64,000 nucleotides of DNA from Salisapilia sapeloensis CBS 127946 (taxonomy: Eukaryota; Protista; Oomycota). The notes under the pieces are model-generated. The model made no database searches, had not been told where the DNA came from, and saw nothing but the letters and a program-made list of their open reading frames with translations. A program made the translations under genes and the position numbers. This document shows positions 1 through 12,830 of this stretch, one piece after another. Position 1 is the first letter of the stretch. Each line of letters opens with the position of its first letter. Location: positions 1 to 64,000 of the forward strand of contig JAADVB010000003.1 in assembly GCA_023334545.1 (NCBI GenBank). The letters run 5' to 3'.

Positions 1-200
1 CATTTCCATTATCACTATCCATCACTGGATTTTGTACTCCTGGCTTGATCGGAAAGTTATATGGAAGTGTCTCGTTGGGTTTCCAATGGCATGTGGCAAA
101 CATGATCGACCATTCTCAACGACAGCAGAGTTTGCCGATTCAGTAGTCGGTGCGAAGACGGCCGCGATTTTTCTCGATGTAATGAAGTTATCGCTAAATA
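1..200 (+). mobile_element. Decayed copy 1 of a dispersed repeat (L1/Tx1-like non-LTR retroelement relic, post-RT region)
   Basis: 34-100 (TTGTACTCCTGGCTTGATCGGAAAGTTATATGGAAGTGTCTCGTTGGGTTTCCAATGGCA) aligns with the minus-strand copies at ~12050-12100 and ~46185-46245. It translates as DRKVIWKCLVGFPMA versus DRKAILKCYVRFPMA and GGKVILKCFVRFPLA. Confidence 0.55.
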
Positions 201-661
201 AATTCTGTTAAAAATAAAATCTTTGATATTGAGCGAGTTTTTGTGCATTTCGGACACAATGCGAAAGTCACAAGCTCCTACTAGGTTCCTCGTCGTCACA
301 AAAGGAACTCGACTATCTGCATTTAGCTATGCTTCCAAAATGAACACGTTTAGCACCCCACAGTAGCTTGAACTCCCATCTTCCGAGTTTACATCCCCTA
401 CAATTCGGACGTTTTATGCATGGCGTACGAAAACGAATTGCGACGGTTGATCACGGCCCACTTGGAAGAATGAACTGGCGAGTACTGCTCATAAACGGAC
501 AAGCGACTCTCCGATTGGTAGAACTACGTACGACAAGGAGTAGCAACAGTTGATCATGCCCCATCAAGCATCCTGAGCGATGTACAAACTGCTTTATAAA
601 TAAACGCGCATCCTTGATTGGTGGAAACTTGGTACAGGAGCGTCGTGCATCGCTTGAAGTG

Positions 662-674
662 AGCTCATTTCGCA
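662..674 (+). promoter_or_regulatory. Oomycete initiator (Inr)-like core promoter
   Basis: GCTCATTTCGCA a few nt upstream of ATG 677; matches the known oomycete GCTCATTY Inr consensus. Confidence 0.5.
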
Positions 675-676
675 GA

Positions 677-2108
677 ATGCAGTGTGAAACAGCACCCTTA
701 TCAACGCAAGCAAGCTATGCTGCCTTTGCACTAGCCATGCTCAAGCTCGTACAGCGTGGACGTGACAAGGATATTATCGGAGATGTAAGTTTCCATTGAT
801 GCTGGTATGCATTGTCGCGATCGTTTATCGATGACTTTATAGAGTTTCTTCACTTTCTTCTGGGGCTTGCTGCCGATGGAAATGTCCGACAAACTCTTGA
901 TGATAAATTTTGGCGTGCTCTTTGCGCTTTACAAGTCCAAGCGGTCCATGTTTTCCGGTTGGCTAGGGTCTATCGCTGGCACGGCCCAGCTTATTGCCAT
1001 CGGTCAGCTCTATTCGATCTACAAGAGTAATTTGGACAGCAAGTACGCCATTCGAGAGAGGTTGGCCGCATCAAGCATTCCAAAAGAAAATGTGGCTCGG
1101 ATTGGTGATTTATCCCTACGACGTTGTATTGGGTCTCTCCTGCCGCTTCCAGCGAACACGGGCATCACGATAACGTGTCCGGGTGTAAAGAAAGTTGATA
1201 CCGTCGTGTATGCTCGTGTCGGAAAAACACGCGCGAGACGTATGAAGATGGATGTCTACAAACACTCAAGTACGACTAAAAATGCGCCCATGTTCTTCTA
1301 CATCCACGGCGGAGGATGGGTCTCGAATGACCGTGAGCATCCTCCAATCCACATGATCTACCAAATTGCATCACAAGGCTATATTGTTGCTGTCTGTGAC
1401 TACCGCAAATCACCGGCGAACAGGTTCCCAACGCACATCATTGACTGCAAACATGCGCTAGCATACTTACGACAGAACGCCGGTCGTTTTGGTGGTGACA
1501 AAGACTTTATTGCCGTCGGTGGCGACTCGGCTGGTGGACACTTAGCCAGTCTTGTGGCGTTGACGGCAAATGAGCCGGTCTTTCAACCCGGCTTGGAAGA
1601 CGTAGACACAAGTGTCCAAGCTTGTGTTGAGTCGTATGCAGTGCATGACTTCCTGGACCGACATGGCATTTACTACAAGAAGGACAGATCGATGGCGACG
1701 CTGCGATTCATCCACGCACTTGTCATGCAAAAGGATCCAGAGGAAGACCCAAAAGCGTATGAGGTCGCGTCTCCGATGTGCTGGGTGGAGAAGGACCCAT
1801 CAGAGTTGAATAGAACGTTCCCACCATTCTTTGTCGGGCACGGACGTAGCGACACGCTCGTCCCTTACAAAGACTCGCTTCTGTTCTACGAAAAGTTGCA
1901 GCAACATCGATTAAAGCAGCAGGACTCTCCTGTGGTCGAAGATGTGTACGTGGAGGTACCGGACAGCCATCATGCTTTTAATGGCTTTGTGACACCCCGA
2001 GCGCTCGCCTATGGTGACGCAGCCGTGGCATTTCTCGACAACGTGTATGCAAAGACACAGGGAAAGAAGCACAAGCAGGACAATGCACTTGTTCATGCCC
2101 GCCTTTGA
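677..2108 (+). CDS. Alpha/beta hydrolase, HSL family esterase/lipase (mycobacterial LipC/LipQ-like)
   Basis: HGGGW oxyanion motif, GDSAGG nucleophile elbow, D(TLVP)...H(HAF) triad. Exon 1 677-784 joins in frame via a GTAAGT..TAG intron (785-842) to ORF 867..2108. Confidence 0.85.
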
Positions 2109-2224
2109 ATCTGTCTACTTCTCGACAACGGAACGAAAGCAAGTTCTAGTAAGCGAGAAATACAAAGTTGGTTTACACCGTGTATCCTTGTCTATCCATA
2201 ATACATGCCCACTGCATCGAGAGT

Positions 2225-3684
2225 CTACACACGGAAGCCAGAAGCTGGTAGAAGATCGATCCGTTTCGAATGAGCTGCCTTCTTGATGGGCAGTACGTTG
2301 GTAAGCCCACGCTGCTCGGCCTCCTCCACTGCTTCCGCCGCAATGATCTGAAAGCGTTCCATTTCTTTTGCCAAAGCCTCTTTTGACTGCTTCTCTTCTA
2401 GTAACGCTGCCGCTCGTTCTTGCATTTCGGTACGACGTCGAGCATCTGCTTGCTGCTTTTGAGCAATGGCAAATTGGAGGTTTGTCAGTCGTGTTTCCGC
2501 TTCATCTTGCTTGCTCTGCAACTCACTCCGCTGACCGAAGTCGACCCACTTGGCAACCATTTCCCTCTCCATTCGCCGATTCTCTTCTTCACGTGCCGCC
2601 TTACGGTCCAGTTGCTGCTGGCGACTGGAACGGATGGCTGCTCTGTCCGCTGCTCGGCGATCTTCTCGACTTTGCAGCTCTTTATCTTCCTTCGCACGAA
2701 CTTCACGGCTCTGGTTCTGCAAACGCTCTTCGCCTTGCTTCTCAAGTTGCAGCAAGTTATTCGTTGCAAGGTCGATCATCCGCTGCTTCCTCGCCAATGC
2801 AGCCTCCTTCTTTTGCAATCTCATCTCATCTCTTTTTGCATCGCGCAACTGCTTCTTCTTCGCATCCTCTTCCCGCTTTACATCCTCTAGCCTCTCCATC
2901 TCTATCTGTTTTTCCCGATGCGCCTGCAAACGGAGATTCGCGAGTTTCGTCTCTTCATTCGCCTGCATCTGCCTCTGACGACGAATACGTTCATTCTCTT
3001 CATCCTCTTTCAAGTCTTGCTCGGCACGTGCCAGCATGCGTTCACCCTCTCGTTTCTCTTCGCGTAGCTCGGCAATGTACTTTTGTTTAAACTGTTCAAG
3101 TTGTTCCTTTTGCAATGCAGCGAGCTGAACGCTCTTCTCTTGAAGCTTCTGCTTCTCACGATTCGCAGCTTCCTCCTCTGCAGCCATTCTAGCAAGTACC
3201 TGTCGATCATATTCGGCGGTATCCTGTCGTTCCAGTTCTTCCATCTTTGCTTTCTGCTGGAGTTGGATACCTCGATGCTATGCCAAAGGAGTTAAAATAT
3301 AGTCATGAAGAAACTAATTTTCAATTTGAAATATACATGAACGACGTCCGCTAGTAGTTGCTTGCTTCTCAGTGTCTTCATTGGATCCGTTTGCTCGTAT
3401 AGTAACTTGGTAGCACGTTCAATTTGCTGAGCTCTAACTTTCTGCTGCAGTTGCCGCTCCTGTTCATCAATCTCTCTACGAACTGCTTCTTCCCGTTCCT
3501 CCTTATCCTTCTTCCATCGGTCCTTCCGCTGTCGCATCGCGTCCAATGTATTAGGCCATTGTGCAGCTCTAGCTTGGGATTTTGCTCGAATTGCCAATCG
3601 TCGGGCTTCCTTATCAGATTGGGTTGGAGCTTCGACGCTACGTTGGATACGAGCTAGCTCTGCGTCTGTTAATTTCGTAGGCAT
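2225..3684 (-). CDS. CFAP210: Cilia- and flagella-associated protein 210 (CCDC173-like, TPH coiled coil)
   Basis: N-terminal WPNTLDAMRQRK...IERATKLLYEQTDPMKTLRSKQLL pattern followed by a long E/K/R/Q coiled coil; one intron joins ORFs 3292..3684 and 2225..3244 in frame. Confidence 0.75.
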
Positions 3685-3912
3685 GATAGACGAATGCTGT
3701 GGAGATGCTTAAAGTGAAGGACATGGTCTGATGCCGGATATAAATAGATGTGTAGGATGTGATTGGAGGATGTTGGATCTATTTGCAGAGGCAGATAGAC
3801 GCTTTCCGAGCGTCTGGAGGTAGAATGAATCAACTGTAGCAATGGAAACATATCTGCAGAGGCAAAACAGACATGTATTTGTCTAGCGTATCGAGACATC
3901 GCTGAAAAGAAC

Positions 3913-4973
3913 TTACTTTTCAAGGTGTTTGGATACGAAGCGCGTGATGCTGTCGTACGACATAAAGATCACGCCCTGTCCCGGGATCACCCGCCCTAAA
4001 CGGGGGACGACGCCGGAGTAGAACACGCGGACACCCTCATGCTTGAGCATCTGTCGGATGCAATCGAGTGTACCAGTGTACTGTGCTGCCTTGTGGCCCT
4101 GCATTCTTGTTTTTACAACATCAAACGCTAGATACAGAGAAAATAGAATTAGTATGACCATCTACACGAGTGAGGGAAGGACGTACGATTATTGCCAAAA
4201 GTGCTAAAGATGCCGGCGGTCATGCCGCCAACGAGGCTAATACCAGCATTCACACCTCTTGGAATGTTGTTGGCATCCTTCACGAGTCCCCACTGCTCCA
4301 TCTTTTCAGGTGTCACTCGCTTCTTGTACTCGCTAAACCACATGAAACGGAGTCCTTGGTTACTCGCCTAATGCAGACTACTTTAGCGGATGACCAAACG
4401 AAGATACAAGTACAAAGATCCAACCTGTTTGAGGATCGTGGCTATGAGTCCTTGGTACATTCCAGAAATGCCCTCGTGCTTGAGAATGAACTTGACGCCT
4501 TGCATCACACCTTGATTCGCTCCGATTAGCTTGGTCTTGATCGTCTCAATCTATCGCATTTCGATTAGAATGGGCGTGGATAAGGATGGAAGCGTAGTGC
4601 ATACTGGTGTGGTCATGAGTGTGGCCTCCATGGCTCCTGCCATCATGCCTGCTGCAAGGTTACGCGTCGCAGTCGTGTTTCCATCTTCGTCCGCAAGTTT
4701 GTTTTTGATATAATCAAAAGCTCCAAAGCGGACGGCAGCTTTAGGGACCGAACCAATGAGCACAGGCACTAGACCTCGATAGAGGGACAGGACGCCGTCG
4801 TTCTTGATATGGTACTTAAATCCAGGGATCATGCCCGAGTAATGCTGCTTCATCGTGCCTAGCTGGAGGTTGGTTTTGATCATTTCCATGGGCCATATCG
4901 CTAGCGTTTCGACGCCTCCAGCAATGGCTCCAGCAGTAGTGGCCACGAGTGGGTTCTTGGACTTGTTGGACAT
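3913..4973 (-). CDS. Mitochondrial tricarboxylate (citrate) carrier, SLC25A1/CTP1-like
   Basis: Three carrier repeats with PxExxKT/PxDxxKT signatures (WPMEMIKT, FDVVKTRMQ); multi-exon; likely start MSNKSKNP at 4973. Confidence 0.88.
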
Positions 4974-5218
4974 TTTCGCTTGTGCAAACAAGTACCACCG
5001 GAGAGGTGCCGGCTCCGCGTCACTCAACAGCGGTTTGCAGCACGAGCTACGTCAGTCGATAGATGGCTTAAGAAATGAATTAATTTGTTGCAATTCGTTA
5101 ACGAATCATTTATTAGAAGAGCGAATAAACTTGTGGATTGTATGCCTCGGCCGCTCAGCCAACCGAACGAATTCAGGCACAAAGTGGTCAATTGGCAGAA
5201 AGGAGACCCCAAGGAAAC

Positions 5219-5917
5219 ATGGTTATCAAGTACGTCTACGTTTTTCCAACTCGATCGCTTGTTGAGGATACTTATATGTTATGATCATGACAGGACCGAT
5301 ACGTGTGCGTTCAGCGAATCCCGCATTTACCCCGGCCACGGCTCCCGTGTCGTGCGTCGTGATGGCTCGGTCCACATTTTCGTGAACCGTAAGTGCAAGT
5401 CCCTCTTCTTGCAGCGCAAGAAGCCGGCCAAGATTACTTGGACCCTTGCGTGGCGCCGCATGAACAAGAAGATCAAGGTATGAGCTATCGGATGGAAGAT
5501 CGAGGGGGTAGCTTCTGACACGACTTTATTATAGGTGGAGGAGACTTCGCGTCGTCGTGTCCGCAAGACGGCCAAGACCCAGCGTGCCATCATCGGTGTC
5601 TCTGCTGAGGAGGTACTATATCGATATATACTTGACTTGTAAAGTTGATATACTCATCACACGCCCTAATAGATCCGCAAGAAGCGCAACCAGAAGCCGG
5701 AAGTCCGTGCTGCTGCTCGCGCTGCCTTGAAGTAAAATTTATTGGTGTAGCCTGAAATCGATTGGATACTAAAGTGTACAATAGCGAGGCTAAGGACCGC
5801 AGCAAGGGCAAGAAGTCCACGTCTAGCCGTCTCGAAGGCCAGCGCAAGAACGGCGGTGCCAAGGGTGGCGCTGCCCCTCGTGCCCAGAAGAAGACGGGCA
5901 ACCGTGGCGCCATCTAA
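5219..5917 (+). CDS. RPL24: 60S ribosomal protein L24
   Basis: Spliced MVIKTDTCAFSESRIYPGHG...WTLAWRRMNKK; four short GT-AG introns (first 5230-5293); Lys/Arg-rich tail ending TAA at 5917. Confidence 0.95.
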
Positions 5918-6077
5918 GCCGCCTCCAGGGTCTTCTTTGCTTCCAGCCTCCAGTAGGATGACGGAGCAAGAGAGAGGAAATAATCCGCCAGCATTTGGAA
6001 ATGAGAGCTGTCTCGTGCCAATTGACACTTTGTCTTTTCTTTTCTTTTTCTTTTGACCTATAGACGACCTAGTCTAG

Positions 6078-7319
<1,242 letters not shown>

Positions 7320-7423
7320 AGATAGAACCACCATTTCGCTTGTAGATGCAATATAACTTTTTTTCTTTCATCCACATGATATTCCTATCTGAAAACTCTT
7401 CTCTTGAGAGATATCGGAGTGGA

Positions 7424-8340
7424 TTATAGATCATTGTCCACTTCCATCTCCGTGTCCTTATCAGCACGAGGCTCTTCGACAGTCAAGTCTTCCTCCGCCT
7501 CTTCTGCCGAGTTGTTATCTTCTTCTTCATCTTCATCGTCTTCAGCAGAATCGTTCTCGACACCTTGGCCGATGACAATGTCCTGATAATTACTGTCGAG
7601 CTGAGCGGCTGCCTTCATCAATTCTTCATCGTCCACGTAGTTCAGGTCCAAGTCATTCCCTCCGTCCTGATCCATACCCGTGTCCATGGAACTTTCACCG
7701 ACGGACGTCGGGTTCTCGCCGTCCATGGCCATGTCCTCTTCCTTCGCTGTACCATCATTGGACCACTCGATCGGGAAGCGAGTGACGCGAGGTTTGTCCG
7801 CCAAGATGTTTCGCTGCAGCTTGGTGATATCCACAGAGGCGGGAGGGTTCTCTGCTAGCAGAGGATCGGCGTACTCGTTATTGACATAGTATCCGACTCG
7901 AACGAACTCATTGCCACGATATGAGCATGTGATTAGCACCACCGTGACGCCTAGTTTATCTTCATCCGGTATCAAATCTGGCTTAGGAGGGTCCGACTAT
8001 ATCCATCCAGTCGTTATGATCGCAGCATACTACTTGTGGACCTGACTAAACATACCTGAAAGACGAATTTGTTCGTGCCGACGGGGACGGGGCCCACGAG
8101 TACTTCCTCTAGCACTTGATCCTGCGTCTCGTTCTCCGCACTACCGACGTACGTGATCTTCCATTCCAGATCTATTACCAGTGTATACAATTAGAGTACA
8201 GAAGCGCAATGACTGGCCAACAACTATGTACCATCTTCGAGCTGGTGGGCACATTCGAACGTAACTTCGAATTGGAAGGGGTTGCTGAAAGCAGTCGGGT
8301 TGTTGAGCACAGTGATGTTCGTGAGTGTGACGTATGCCAT
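7424..8340 (-). CDS. ASF1: Histone chaperone ASF1
   Basis: [30 protein letters not shown]..., [27 protein letters not shown], acidic C-terminal tail; several introns. Confidence 0.96.
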
Positions 8341-8838
8341 GCTTCAAAGAGACTAAAAGGCGCGCAGGCACTTGACTAAACGAAAATGGCGCTGGAGGTG
8401 CTGATCTTGGCGGGAATGCTCGATTGTAGCAGTGTATGATTGGTGGAAAATCGAACGCTATATTTGCATCAGACACTCGATCAAGTACGCGTTTCGTTAC
8501 CCGCTGGGTGAATTTGGACACCAACTAGCCATCTCAGCTTCAATTTAGATTATTATGACTATGTATAGATAGAGAATCAATGTTGTAAGCAGCGTTAGTG
8601 CATAAGAATGTTATGTCGACTATTGAGCGTTGATCAGTAGGACGAAACAAGATGCCTTAATGCTTCCGTCGGTTACATAGGAAGAATCGTGATGGCAGAA
8701 CTAGCCGCTTTCGACATCTTCAAGTACGATGGCGAATTCTACTATGCAGTCACGTGCATCCTTATCGACATCAGACCAAACATAGTGTACCGCATATCAA
8801 ATACCGACGCACGCAATGCGTCCCGTAGATACACGTAC

Positions 8839-9027
8839 TGCAAATTAAAGAGATTCACCCTGATCTCCAACTTTCGTTCCAGTCTGTGCTGCGTTTGATT
8901 TTGGATACGAAAGACGAATAGAGGATACCGACTTCGATATACAACTTCCACGCTGCATATCTGGAAGGAATCGAGAGTATGGCATCAGCTACCCGACCAC
9001 AAGGGTGCGCATCCGGTAATCGCTCAC
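8839..9027 (+). repeat. Left arm of a 189-bp inverted repeat
   Basis: Reverse complement of 11483-11671 with 8 substitutions and no indels in my manual alignment. Confidence 0.95.
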
Positions 9028-9322
9028 ATCCAAATGCACATCGATTACAGTGTACAGAAACGATCGTCCGGCGATCATAGCGTTGGATGCCAAAGCGTGA
9101 ATACCGTCAAAACTTCCTCGACTTGTTTGTGTTAAAGCTTACGTTGTAGGCATCGATGGGAATCTAAGACGATGAAAGTAGAGTAGTGGTAAGACGCAAG
9201 AGAGCTGCAACACACTAGAGCGCAGCCACCATCCAATACGACGCAAGCCTTCGTCGAAACAAACATGACGATCCCCACAAAATATACTAGGAATAAACAA
9301 ATAGAAAGAGTAAAGATGCTTC

Positions 9323-9679
9323 ATGTTTATATTCGCTGCCACGAGGACTTCTCAATTCGTGTACCGCCTTCGTCGTCGTCGAGTGTACGGAAAGATAATT
9401 GCCAGCGATCTGCTGGTGTCGACGACGGGTGCCATCCTGGACGTTGCGTCACCATTCCCTCGCATGCTTCTTCCAGCCCTCGCTCGCTCTCCACTGTCTT
9501 CGATCACGTTTGGGCTGCGTCCCAGTCCGCTCTCGCATCTTCGTCAGATCCAGCTCGACGTCACCTTGACATCCCGGTATGCCAACAAAGGGAGCTGGCG
9601 CCGCCTCGACCAGACGCTCACGGTCGCAGCGTGTCCCGTGACGCTCGTGCTTGCTGCTACTGGGACAGTCGACCTCTAG
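9323..9679 (+). CDS. Hypothetical protein (118 aa ORF, or last exon of a longer gene)
   Basis: Coding-like codon usage; Arg-rich, acid-free N-terminus. No recognised family; upstream exons unresolved. Confidence 0.4.
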   Translation: MFIFAATRTSQFVYRLRRRRVYGKIIASDLLVSTTGAILDVASPFPRMLLPALARSPLSSITFGLRPSPLSHLRQIQLDVTLTSRYANKGSWRRLDQTLTVAACPVTLVLAATGTVDL

Positions 9680-9814
9680 CTTGGTCACCCTCCCCGTCCG
9701 CACGAACTAAAACGCACCAACGGCTGTCTATCCTTAGTCCACCAGTCTGGCGCGCATGCATGTGTGCTCTAGGCATCTTCTTCTACTGACATGCAAGGGA
9801 CGTACCTGAGCGTT

Positions 9815-10801
9815 CAGTCCAGCATCTACGTTGTTAGCGATTATACCTGGCCAGGCTCGATAGAACCCGCCAGGCAAGTACATCATCATATATATGGTAA
9901 GATAGGGTGGAAATTGCTTTCCAGACTACTGTATTCATGCACCCGCATAGACCAGTGTACATAGGATAAACATACCGAGGGAGCTTTTCCATTCCGATCG
10001 GACCCGCTAGAGGGGCGAAGCCGTCAGTCTGTTTCCGCAGTAGAGCTCGCACTCACATCACGGGCACTGCTAAACACGCAAACGTTGTCGAGGTTAGCAC
10101 CAATCACACCATTGTCAGCAACGAAGGGATATCGAGGATACAGTCAAACCAGAGAGACGAGTCCGCTCCAGCTTCCCAAGAGCACAGTCGCTCCGTGGTC
10201 AGCGACGTGGAAGAATCCGGTCGAGCTTTCCAAAGCGCTCGAGGGGGTCGAGGATGGCGTTTTGGTCGAGTACGTCTCTTGCAAGTCCAATGTAGCTCGC
10301 TCTTGTGCTGCAAGGCACCTCCGCTTTCCCATTTCGCCTTCCGTTGGGCGAAAGTGAGTTTGTTTCTATGACACGAGTTAGCATTCGAGCTTTCCAAATC
10401 AAGAGGGAGAGATGAACGTACCTAGTGTCGATGCACGGTACTGTTGAGAAGTTCGACTCTTGAAATTCGACGTGCGCGTGGAGTGCCTCCGACTCAAAAG
10501 ACATATACGTCGGGGTGAGACAGATGGTAGCGTAGATCGCTGCCAAGAGGGTCTGTTCGGGAGGCAAGGGATGCCGGCGCGAGGTGATACCGAAGGTGCA
10601 CACGGCTGGACTCTAGGTGTCCGCTGGAATGCCGGCCGATGGCGTACTCGTTGCCAGTGCTTCTTTCGTCGGACTGGAGTCGCGGTTCGAATACCACTTT
10701 TCCTCCTGCCATCGCACTCTTCGCGTCATTTCCGCTCCGCCGATACTTTTGTACCCATGTGACGTTAGATACGCCCCGATGTTGAATGTAGCCATTTCCA
10801 T
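9815..10801 (-). CDS. Unresolved multi-exon gene or pseudogene
   Basis: Clear introns on the minus strand (10056-10007 GTGAGT..CTGAC..CTAG; another GTACGT..CTAAC..TAG at ~10420-10365), but no single stop-free reading path is obvious. Confidence 0.4.
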
Positions 10802-11482
10802 GCGGCATGTGACGGAGCGTCTGGAAGCGAGATCGACGATTCACGATCCGCGATCCGCGGTCCGCGAGGAGGGCGACGAGCGGCACTTGGCCTTTCCCCC
10901 GCCTTCCCCCCTTTTTCTTCCTTTCCCCCTTTTTCTCGCTTTTCTTGTTTGCTTGCTGGGGGGAAAAGTCGACTGGGCTTGACAATAGGCTCGAACGAGG
11001 GCGATCCTCAGAAACGTTTCAACTCAATTGGCAAACCCGATGCAAGGGCGAAATGCCACTTCGACGTGCTCAATGACGCTCCTCTGTCACCTGCATGGGG
11101 CCCAAATGTCTGCCACGGCCAAGCAAAAACTATCGGTGGAAATCGCCGCGACGGAATCACTGCTTGGCGACGATGCATGCATCGCATCAGCAGTGAAACG
11201 GGCATCGTGTCTGTCATCGATTATCGTTTTAACATCGACTAATGACTACTAGGTGTCCATTTACAATTGCTCCGTGACTACCGTCTGCTGTGTATTATGC
11301 AGAGCATATAATGTACTATATGTCGTGCTTCGTACTTCATGGTGTTTGATTTTTAGTCGGCAATGCACGTATGTGGAAGCATGTCTTGTTTTGCATCACC
11401 TCTGCAGTCGTATTCAGACTGAGATATCGAGATAGCTTTGCTAGCTGTACTGCGTGCCAAAAAATTCTTAGGAGATCAAAAA

Positions 11483-11671
11483 GTGCGTGACTACTGGATA
11501 CGCACCCTCGTGGTCGGGTAGCTGATGCCATACTCTCGATTCCTTCCAGATATGCAGCGTGGAGGTTGTATATCGAAGTCGGTATCCTCTATTCGTCTTT
11601 CGTATCCAAAATCAAACGCAGCACAGACTGGAACGAAAGTTGGAGATCAGGGTGAATCTCTTTAGTTTGCA
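11483..11671 (-). repeat. Right arm of a 189-bp inverted repeat
   Basis: Near-identical inverted copy of 8839-9027. Confidence 0.95.
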
Positions 11672-11699
11672 TTATTTGTCTTGTATTTAAGAGGCCGTT

Positions 11700-12830
11700 T
11701 TGAGTCCAAATGGTTGATGACTAGGTAGAATAGTTTGGCCTTGTAGTGCTGAGATGACACCTAAGGTGAATTTGTAGATGCCACCGGCTCAGATTGTAGT
11801 CACGTTCGCTATGATGCTTGGGATGTGTGACGACTTGCAACAAGTTTTTACTTTACTTTGTTGTCTCTGGGACCTTTCCATTCTTGTATGATTCTCGTGG
11901 CATCTTCGTGTAATGATCAAGCGGGCTTTAAGGCCGTGTTCGCGCTTAAGACCGACTCAGCATAATCGGTGATTCAGATTTTGTAGCTGTATTAACGATA
12001 ATTGAATCGGGCAATTCCGCGTTCGTTAAAAATGCCCGAGTTTGCTTTACCGCTTGCCAATGGAAACCTAACGAAACACTTCAATATGACTTTCCCGCCA
12101 ATTAGGGGTGCAGAAAAAAGTGTTTGGTGCCCGCAATAGAGATGCCGCTTTATTTTGTTAATAAATCTTGTCTCTCGTACTCTATCCTATGTTAAAATTG
12201 AAATTCCCGTTGCCATGTTCTGTAGCGTGATCCGTGTGAGCTTCGCAAGAGTTAAACAACTCTTTTTCGGGACAAATTATGCATAAATCGGAATACTATT
12301 CAACATAATACCGATTAAGGCTTTCTCGTGTTTGTTCAATAAATGCCCATTATTTCTCGCATAATCCCCGATTATATGCTCAACGAACACGACCTAAACT
12401 ACTTAGTATTTTCTCGAAGACCCATCGACCTGTAATCGGTAGGTTGACCATCCTGAAAATCTCCCAAATTGCCTACGCCGGTCTCCGACTCATTATATCT
12501 CCATCTGATCACTCTTTAGACTACATGAGCAACTATTTTAACAATAATCATCCTGACGTCGTTGGCTTGCGTTTGCGGACTTTAAGTCGTACAGGTCCTT
12601 CCAGACGTTTGACTTGTCCCATACCTAATCAACTTGCTTGCATGGTGATGATCTGGTACCATTTGGTGCTCAACCATTTTTAATGACAGTGGTCGTAAGT
12701 AAGATGCTGCTGTACGAAATCCATGAATGGCGCTAAAAGCAATCCCGGTGGCAACTCGCTATGGCAATTGTTTAATGGGCATGACGAGAAAGAGAAAGGA
12801 TCAGATGGTGGTGATTATTTCAACTCATTT
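11700..12830 (-). mobile_element. Decayed copy 2, L1/Tx1-like non-LTR retrotransposon relic
   Basis: Stop- and frameshift-riddled translation with QANDV (YADD-like), GHLLNKHEKALIGIMLNSIPIYA (like GRLTLIKSVLNSIPIY) and KVILKCFVRF; homologous to copies 1 and 3. Confidence 0.55.

Noticed and set aside
2368-3090. Long antisense ORFs over CFAP210 (also over MED12, COPA and PRMT1)
   Set aside because: Shadows of biased codon usage on the true coding strand; no motifs.
10144-10146. In-frame TGA as selenocysteine
   Set aside because: No CxxU/UxxC context and no SECIS identified; not supportable.
10682-10697. GGTTCGAAT resembling a tRNA T-loop
   Set aside because: No pairing T-stem (G53-C61 absent) and no cloverleaf around it.
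8830-11680. Autonomous DNA transposon interpretation of the inverted repeat
   Set aside because: No target-site duplication at the outer ends and no transposase motif inside; kept only as a non-autonomous hypothesis.
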